Below are positions 44,543-50,095 of a stretch of DNA of 50,095 nt, piece after piece. Position numbers and translations under genes: made by a program. The stretch's first letter is position 1; the number at the start of each line of letters is the position of its first letter. Under the pieces are notes generated by a model. The model had not been told where the DNA came from, did not search any database, and worked only from the letters and a program-made list of their open reading frames with translations. Source of the DNA: a virus (taxonomy: Duplodnaviria > Caudoviricetes); IMG/VR virus record IMGVR_UViG_3300048851_000169, positions 1 to 50,095 of that record; one strand, written 5' to 3'.

Positions 44543-45117
44543 GCGCTACCCGCACCCAGGTTTCATCTGCAGCGTTTGCCCCCGCTGTGCCGGTGCGCAC
44601 CGCCTCCGGCCGGCCGGCCCCTGCGGCCCTCCCAGCCCCCGGTACGCTTAGCCTCCTCATGGCCGAGGCGATTGGCGCCCTCGACGGCTACGACGTGGCC
44701 ACGGACAAGGCGTCCGAGAATATCCATCACCTGCTGAAGTCGCACTACGACAACAAGGCAGGCCTCCTTGCCCGCCGGGAGTGGGCCATTGTGGATGTGG
44801 TTCCCTATCTCCGCGCCAACACGGTGGAAGAGGCAATCTTCACGCTGATCGTCGCGGGTCACATCAACCACGACATGATAGCAAACGACTTCCCCGAAGC
44901 GGACCTCGACGTGAAGAAGGAGGCGGTCGAGCAGGCGCTGTACTCAGCTCTCAACGTGCTGCTTCGGCATCACTCGACGCCTGATCTTGAGCGCATTCGA
45001 GCGTTGTACATGCCACGCCGCATGGATGCGCTCGAGGACACCGCGGAGGCGGTCGAGGAGGTGATCGTTGAACTGCAGGCAGGCGCCGCCGCCAGAGCCC
45101 AGAGGGCGCAGAAGTGA
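44539..45117 (+). CDS. Hypothetical protein
   Basis: GGAGG RBS, GTGA-coupled. Confidence 0.65.
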   Translation: MSATRTQVSSAAFAPAVPVRTASGRPAPAALPAPGTLSLLMAEAIGALDGYDVATDKASENIHHLLKSHYDNKAGLLARREWAIVDVVPYLRANTVEEAIFTLIVAGHINHDMIANDFPEADLDVKKEAVEQALYSALNVLLRHHSTPDLERIRALYMPRRMDALEDTAEAVEEVIVELQAGAAARAQRAQK

Positions 45118-45551
45118 GCAGCCTGGCCGTCTGCCCTGTGAGCCACGTCAAGGAGCCGTCATTCTCCCCGCCGCCACCGGTTACATCCCGGCCAGGCATC
45201 TCCCTGCCCGCCTCCGGCGACCAACCCGCCGTTGATGCCGAGCTGATTGCCGCCTGCTCTCAGCTTGAGGGCGCCTACCGCGGCTACGAAACGCTGTTCG
45301 ATGAGCGCCGGGATTGGAGCGCTGAAGCGGAGGCTGCTGGCGAAGCTGCTATCCACGCCCGTGCTGCCTCGGTAGCGGAGTTGGAAGACAAGGTGCTGAG
45401 TCTTGCAGCGACGACCATGGATGGCCTGAAGGCCAGGGCTCGCGCCGCGCTTGCGGGCGCGACGCGTGACCCGGAGGACGGGGAGATCGTCTGCGCCCAC
45501 AACAACGAATGTCTCGCCTGGGCCGTGCTAGAGGAGCTGGTGCAGCTGTGA
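45114..45551 (+). CDS. Hypothetical protein, paralogue-like of 18602-19030
   Basis: DAELIAAC...ATTMDGLKARA...LAWAVLEEL. Confidence 0.65.
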   Translation: MSSLAVCPVSHVKEPSFSPPPPVTSRPGISLPASGDQPAVDAELIAACSQLEGAYRGYETLFDERRDWSAEAEAAGEAAIHARAASVAELEDKVLSLAATTMDGLKARARAALAGATRDPEDGEIVCAHNNECLAWAVLEELVQL

Positions 45552-46219
45552 CCGCAATCCACAGCCCCAGCATCCTCGCCGTCGCTGCACACGAATGTGG
45601 GCATGCGATCACGCGGTTGGCCATCGACCAGGATAGTGCGCGCCCAGGTCCTCGCATTCAGAAAATCACCGCGCTCGCGGGTGCCGAGTTTCTCGGTGAG
45701 ACCTTCGTGGATCTCCGAATCAGCCGGTGGGCCAGGGCCTTGTGGCCTGCCGACCCGGAATGCCTCCGATCAGCACGGCTGGACATGATCGAGACATGCG
45801 CTGGCCCAATCGCGGAGCAGCGGTGGAACAATGGGAGCAGGATGGGGTCTATCCTGCATAAGCAGGCGGCGATCGGGGCGGTGCTGAAGCACACGTTCGT
45901 TCACGGTCGATTTCATGATGATGACGTGCTCAGGCTCATCGGCAACTACCTGGCCGAGGCCATGCAGCAGCCGCTCCAGGACCTTCTGGACCGGTTGTGG
46001 CTGGCCGCCTACGCCCTCGTGGAAGCCGAGTGGGCGGGCATCTCAGCTATGGCCAGGACTCTTTCCGCAGCGGGGACTATGGAAGGGCAGGAGTTCCAGG
46101 AAGCCTGGGCCAAGATCCGGCCTGGTCCAACGTCACGCGCCCGTTGCCTCGCGGCGATCGACTGCAGCGCTGCGGCAGCTCTCGAATGGGCGCTCACCCC
46201 GGCAGAGGTGATGGCATGA
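45548..46219 (+). CDS. HExxH zinc metalloprotease-like protein (M41/FtsH protease-domain-like)
   Basis: AAHECGHAI, AGPIAE and LVEAEWAGISAMARTL...G.E motifs. Confidence 0.65.
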   Translation: MTAIHSPSILAVAAHECGHAITRLAIDQDSARPGPRIQKITALAGAEFLGETFVDLRISRWARALWPADPECLRSARLDMIETCAGPIAEQRWNNGSRMGSILHKQAAIGAVLKHTFVHGRFHDDDVLRLIGNYLAEAMQQPLQDLLDRLWLAAYALVEAEWAGISAMARTLSAAGTMEGQEFQEAWAKIRPGPTSRARCLAAIDCSAAAALEWALTPAEVMA

Positions 46220-46434
46220 CCGACAGCGCGCCTGGCTTTCCGCCCGGCTGCGATGTGCTGGTACTGGCCATCGCCGATGCCATGGCAACCCTGGACCAAT
46301 TGCAGGACACGCTGCTGGAGATTCATAACGCCTCGACCGAGCCCGACGCCGTTCGGATGCGGGCGGCTGAAGGTTTGCAGCAGATTGATGAAAGCAGGCG
46401 CTGTCTGACACTGGAAGAGGACGAGCATGCCTGA
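46216..46434 (+). CDS. Small hypothetical protein
   Basis: ATGA-coupled, 72 aa. Confidence 0.55.
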   Translation: MTDSAPGFPPGCDVLVLAIADAMATLDQLQDTLLEIHNASTEPDAVRMRAAEGLQQIDESRRCLTLEEDEHA

Positions 46435-46975
46435 ACGTCACGCAGCTCCCCTCCTCCGCGTGCCGCGCACCAAAGGTGTTCGGATTGGAACCTTGTGGTG
46501 GTCCCCCGATGAGGACTCTGGCGATGTCACGCTGACGGCGGCATTCGACCGCTTCTCGAAGCTGGTGAAGGTCGACGCCCTCCAGGACATCATCGCCGTG
46601 CTTTCGGAAGAGCACGATGCCTGCCTGATCCTTTTCCTGTCGGAGATCTTCCGCGCGGCAGGCCGGGAACCGGACCTGAAGGGTTTTCTCGACAGCACTC
46701 ATGCCAGCGAATGGGAGCCGATCGACACGGCGCCGGCCGACGGCTCGGACATCCTGTTCGCCCGGGCCCTCGACGGGAACTTCTGGCTCATCGGCGAGGC
46801 GCGTTGGTTATCCGCGGAGGCCGCCGCTGCCCGGTACGGCGGGACTGCGTCCGAGTACAGCGACGGCTGGTGCGACAATCAGGGCGAAGATCCTGCGGCC
46901 ACGCACTGGCTGCCAGGCGGCACGCTACCCCTCGGCGGCTCGGGTCCCGTAGAAAGCTCGCCGGATGGTGCGTGA
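46427..46975 (+). CDS. Hypothetical protein with DUF551-like C-terminal domain
   Basis: WEPIDTAPADGSDIL...ATHWLP. Confidence 0.7.
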   Translation: MPERHAAPLLRVPRTKGVRIGTLWWSPDEDSGDVTLTAAFDRFSKLVKVDALQDIIAVLSEEHDACLILFLSEIFRAAGREPDLKGFLDSTHASEWEPIDTAPADGSDILFARALDGNFWLIGEARWLSAEAAAARYGGTASEYSDGWCDNQGEDPAATHWLPGGTLPLGGSGPVESSPDGA

Positions 46976-47087
46976 CTGATGGCGAATGGTGGTTTCAGGC
47001 TCGGTGAGCCGCGGCAAGTCGGCTGGTCACGTTCGCAGGGCACGATAACGTTTTGTGCTCGTAGTTCGTCACAGGAGGAAGCACTCG

Positions 47088-47402
47088 ATGCCGCATGCTC
47101 GGGATCCTGACCGCCTCCCCAACTGGCCTCTGCTGATGGACCGGAGCACCGCCTGCAGGTTTACCACCTACAGCCGCGCCCAATTCGATGCCCTCGTGCG
47201 AAGCGGGCTCCTGCCGCCGGCTCGGGAACACCTACCCGGCGAACAGCGCTGGCACCGGCGAGAGCTGGAACGCTGCCTGGACCGCCTCTACCAACTTGAG
47301 GAAAAGCATAGCGATGAGCAGGCGAACGACGCCGCCCGCCGAGCCCTTGACGGTTACCAGCCCCCTGCCCCACGTCGAAAGGGTGCGGAACAGCGCCGGT
47401 AG
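47088..47402 (+). CDS. xis: Excisionase-like winged HTH
   Basis: AGGAGG RBS; WPLLM....A...S..QF..LV..G.LP...RW.R.EL; directly upstream of the integrase. Confidence 0.7.
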   Translation: MPHARDPDRLPNWPLLMDRSTACRFTTYSRAQFDALVRSGLLPPAREHLPGEQRWHRRELERCLDRLYQLEEKHSDEQANDAARRALDGYQPPAPRRKGAEQRR

Positions 47403-48462
47403 GACCTACCTCTACTACCGACGCAACGGGCAGCGGATCCCGCTACCCCAGCCGGAGGGTTCCGCAGCCTTCCTGGCAGCCTACGATCAGGCGCACGGCA
47501 GCCATCAATCGTTCGCTCCAGGAGCCACGGGACGCCATACCGTTGACGAGGCCATCACGGCCTATCTGGCCAGCGCGGATTACCGCCAGCTTGCCCCAAG
47601 CAGCAGCCGCGATTACCGCCGCACCTTGGATGAGTTCCGCAGCGCCTTCGGCGAACTGCCGCTACGCGCTCTCGACGAAGCATGGATTGAACGCCTGCGG
47701 ACGAAGTACATGGACCGGCCCATCAATTGGAACGGGCTTCGAAGCCGTATGATTGTTGTGGCGCGCCTGTATCGCCGGCTGCACCCAGGCGCGGTGACGG
47801 CGAACCATTGGGAGGCGTCGCGGCGGCTGAAGGTCGAGAAGTCGAACCAGAACCGGCCATGGAAGCCGGAGATCCTGCTGGCGGTGATGCGCGCGGCGAC
47901 CCCGGAGTTCAGAGCTCTGCTCGTCGGCTATCTGCTGACGGTGCAGCGCGGGGGCGACGTCACGCGCTTCAGCCCCGCTCAGTACGACGCTATCCAACGC
48001 ACGCTGACGATCGAGCAGGCGAAGACCGGAGAGTCACTGGTTCTCCATGTGCCGGAGAGCCTGGCGCGCGTGCTGGAGCGCATGAAGGGGCAGCACAGGG
48101 ATAGGCTGTTCCTGACGCCGCGCGGGCGCCCCTGGACCACGGCCAACGCGCAGGAGACGCTCGCGCGCTTGCTGGAGCAGCTGAAGTTGGAGCGGTACAC
48201 GCTGCATGGGCTAAGGGCGACTGGGCCGGTAGCGTTGAAGCTGCTGGGTTTTGAAAACCGCGCCATCCGTGCGCTGACGGGGCACACCAGTGATTCGAAC
48301 CTAGAGGTGTATCTGCGTGGGGTGGATCACTATCCGCTGGCGCGCCAGGCTCAGGAGGCTCTGCAAGGCCAGTTTGCTGCGCTGCTGGAGGAGGCGGAGA
48401 GCGGAGCTAATCCTAAGCGTTTCACCGGACGAACCGGACGCGCCAGCCGCAGGCCCATGTAG
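47314..48462 (+). CDS. int: Tyrosine integrase
   Basis: YLYYRR arm-binding region; TVQRGGD, QAKTG, HGLR and LTGH...Y catalytic motifs; start uncertain. Confidence 0.93.
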   Translation: MSRRTTPPAEPLTVTSPLPHVERVRNSAGRTYLYYRRNGQRIPLPQPEGSAAFLAAYDQAHGSHQSFAPGATGRHTVDEAITAYLASADYRQLAPSSSRDYRRTLDEFRSAFGELPLRALDEAWIERLRTKYMDRPINWNGLRSRMIVVARLYRRLHPGAVTANHWEASRRLKVEKSNQNRPWKPEILLAVMRAATPEFRALLVGYLLTVQRGGDVTRFSPAQYDAIQRTLTIEQAKTGESLVLHVPESLARVLERMKGQHRDRLFLTPRGRPWTTANAQETLARLLEQLKLERYTLHGLRATGPVALKLLGFENRAIRALTGHTSDSNLEVYLRGVDHYPLARQAQEALQGQFAALLEEAESGANPKRFTGRTGRASRRPM

Positions 48463-48479
48463 CTATCACGGCTGCCCGG

Positions 48480-49055
48480 TCACTCCTCGTCCCAGGCTTT
48501 CGGAGGAGCCTGCTGGAAGCGCCTGATCGCAGCCTTGCGCATGGCGACCACACGTTGGTCCGCCAATCCATTTTGCGCGGCGGCATTCTCGTTGTTCCCT
48601 GCCGCGTCGATCAGTGTTTTCTGTAGCTTGACAATGTCATAGTCTCTCCAGACGACATAAACCATTCGGGCCGCGCAAAGGGAAAGAAGAGCTCCAATTC
48701 CTGCCGATGTAAATTTTTGAAGCAATTCGGGCCATGTGCATCGAACACTGTCCACACCAATCGCGGTAAGTACTACAAGAACGACCAATGATATGGACAT
48801 CAGCCCCAAGATTGCAGCGTACTCTGCAGTAAGTCTAACAATTGCACCAGTCAGTGCAGAACGCTGGCGAGGCTCTAGACTTTTCCAATCTAGGCTCGGC
48901 ATACCGCGATTGAGCCGTACGAAGACGGCGGCAGCCATTATCGAAAGGCCGACTATTAGTGGCTGAAGAGCGGGAAACAGCCGTGGCAAATCCACGGCAA
49001 GTCCGAAGAGACTAAGGCCGAGCAGCGACGCAACTAGAGGTAAAAAAAAGCCCAT
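48480..49055 (-). CDS. Four-TM membrane protein
   Basis: 191 aa, four hydrophobic segments, low GC; start overlaps the upstream stop (TAATG). Confidence 0.75.
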   Translation of the reverse strand: MGFFLPLVASLLGLSLFGLAVDLPRLFPALQPLIVGLSIMAAAVFVRLNRGMPSLDWKSLEPRQRSALTGAIVRLTAEYAAILGLMSISLVVLVVLTAIGVDSVRCTWPELLQKFTSAGIGALLSLCAARMVYVVWRDYDIVKLQKTLIDAAGNNENAAAQNGLADQRVVAMRKAAIRRFQQAPPKAWDEE

Positions 49056-50095
49056 TACGCCTCAATCTTTTGATCTCGAACAAACCGAGAATATACCTCT
49101 TGCAGCTGGTCGGCCACATTATCGAAGTCAAGATAATTGGACCCCTCATGGGTTAGGTCGAAGGGCATGCGGGTCCGCAGAATTGCGTCGCCATCAGACA
49201 TGGTGCCGTCTTTACCCTCCACTCTGACTTCACCATCAGTCAGGTCGGCCAAATCGCTCGCAATACTACGTAAACTATCGCGCGATTTTACGGTTCTGCT
49301 CCCACGGACCTTCACCGAAGCATCGACAGCAAGGTACTCGTTTGGGCCGAGACTCTCTACCAACGACCGCGTGCGGGCGGGGCCAAAAAGCGCCTCAACT
49401 ACCGGCAAAGCCTGGGCAAATTGAACAAATTTATCGGCAAATTTTTTCGAGGTTTTTGTCTCCTTTGTACTGTCATCGGGTAAGGAACGGACCTCGAACT
49501 GCGGGGTTGAGTTCCCTTTTACGCGGAGCGTTCGTATATCCCCAAGGTCCTCTACCGATAATGACTTGTCGAATTCAGCCTGGAGGCGGACGGAGGTCTT
49601 CGCCCCTGCCTTCGTAAGTTCATCCTTCAGCAGCCATGCGAAGTAATTTTGCATATGGTCGGAAGTAAGGTTCTGAATTCGAACGAAGAAAACGTGGTTT
49701 GCAATGGCCATCCAGTAAGCCATTCCTCTGACGAAGTGCGACCCACTCGGAGCTCCGCGCTCTTGCAATGCGTAGATTTGAGCAACGGTGAGGTCGGACA
49801 GCTCGACGCTAGAGGCCTTTAGCTCCAGCAGCGCCTGCAATCCTTTGCGCTCGATCAGGCACATCTCCCCGAAAACCGCCGTGGAGAGGTCTGCAACCTT
49901 ATTGAGCAGAACCTGGCGCTCATCAGTTTGGTCCAAAGTCTGCAGCCTGTCGGTCACCCTTTCCCAAAGGGCGGCGCCAGAGGCGTCCTTGTTGCCGAGA
50001 GCAGCCCGGCACATCTGCTCGAAGTTGGCGTGGGGGCGTTCGGCTCCCGGCGCAGTGAAAAGCCTGTAGTGAACCATATGGTACGCCGTTGGCAT
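49055..50095 (-). CDS. Soluble hypothetical protein, partner of the 4-TM protein
   Basis: 346 aa, low GC, translationally coupled to 48480-49055. Confidence 0.75.
   Translation of the reverse strand: MPTAYHMVHYRLFTAPGAERPHANFEQMCRAALGNKDASGAALWERVTDRLQTLDQTDERQVLLNKVADLSTAVFGEMCLIERKGLQALLELKASSVELSDLTVAQIYALQERGAPSGSHFVRGMAYWMAIANHVFFVRIQNLTSDHMQNYFAWLLKDELTKAGAKTSVRLQAEFDKSLSVEDLGDIRTLRVKGNSTPQFEVRSLPDDSTKETKTSKKFADKFVQFAQALPVVEALFGPARTRSLVESLGPNEYLAVDASVKVRGSRTVKSRDSLRSIASDLADLTDGEVRVEGKDGTMSDGDAILRTRMPFDLTHEGSNYLDFDNVADQLQEVYSRFVRDQKIEA

Larger units (their letters stand above)
1475..48462. mobile_element. Temperate siphovirus prophage (HK97-like head, lambdoid regulation); true ends may extend to the window edges
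   Basis: Complete module set: integrase/xis, cI/cro, replication, terminase, capsid, portal, tail, tape measure and lysis. att sites not identified. Confidence 0.93.

Noticed and set aside
47025-47070. Alphaproteobacterial LexA box upstream of xis
   Set aside because: GTTC motifs are present but not in GTTC-N7-GTTC spacing.
1471-48483. CCGGTCAC at 1471 and 48476 as a possible attL/attR core
   Set aside because: Only 8 bp, GC-rich and expected by chance; flanks do not extend; no tRNA-like target seen.

Overview
The window is essentially one apparently complete, GC-rich temperate siphophage genome (prophage) of HK97/lambdoid organisation. Gene content suggests an alphaproteobacterial host, which is an inference only. 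From right to left it contains: a two-gene soluble + membrane cassette (candidate defence); tyrosine integrase and xis; an early + strand operon; a cI/cro switch with five 14-bp operator palindromes; ParB-like and RusA genes; an AEP primase-helicase followed by a symmetric iteron origin and SSB; a putative late activator with a pR'/tR'-like unit; HNH, cos, terS and terL; a protease-capsid fusion, portal and collagen-like protein; head-tail and tail-tube genes; a tail chaperone with a GGGAAAC -1 frameshift; a ~5 kb accessory island splitting the tail operon; an SLT-containing tape measure; tail tip/fibre genes (C1q-like, sialidase-like); a lysis module with a GH108 endolysin; and a DUF1796-like peptidase. 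The accessory island holds a P22 immI-like arc/mnt/ant cassette, a HEPN/DUF4145 gene, a lipoprotein, a PycTM-like membrane protein and a repeat-flanked cassette. No rRNA, tRNA, CRISPR array, reverse transcriptase or att core was recognised. All family calls come from reading motifs by eye; no database searches were run.
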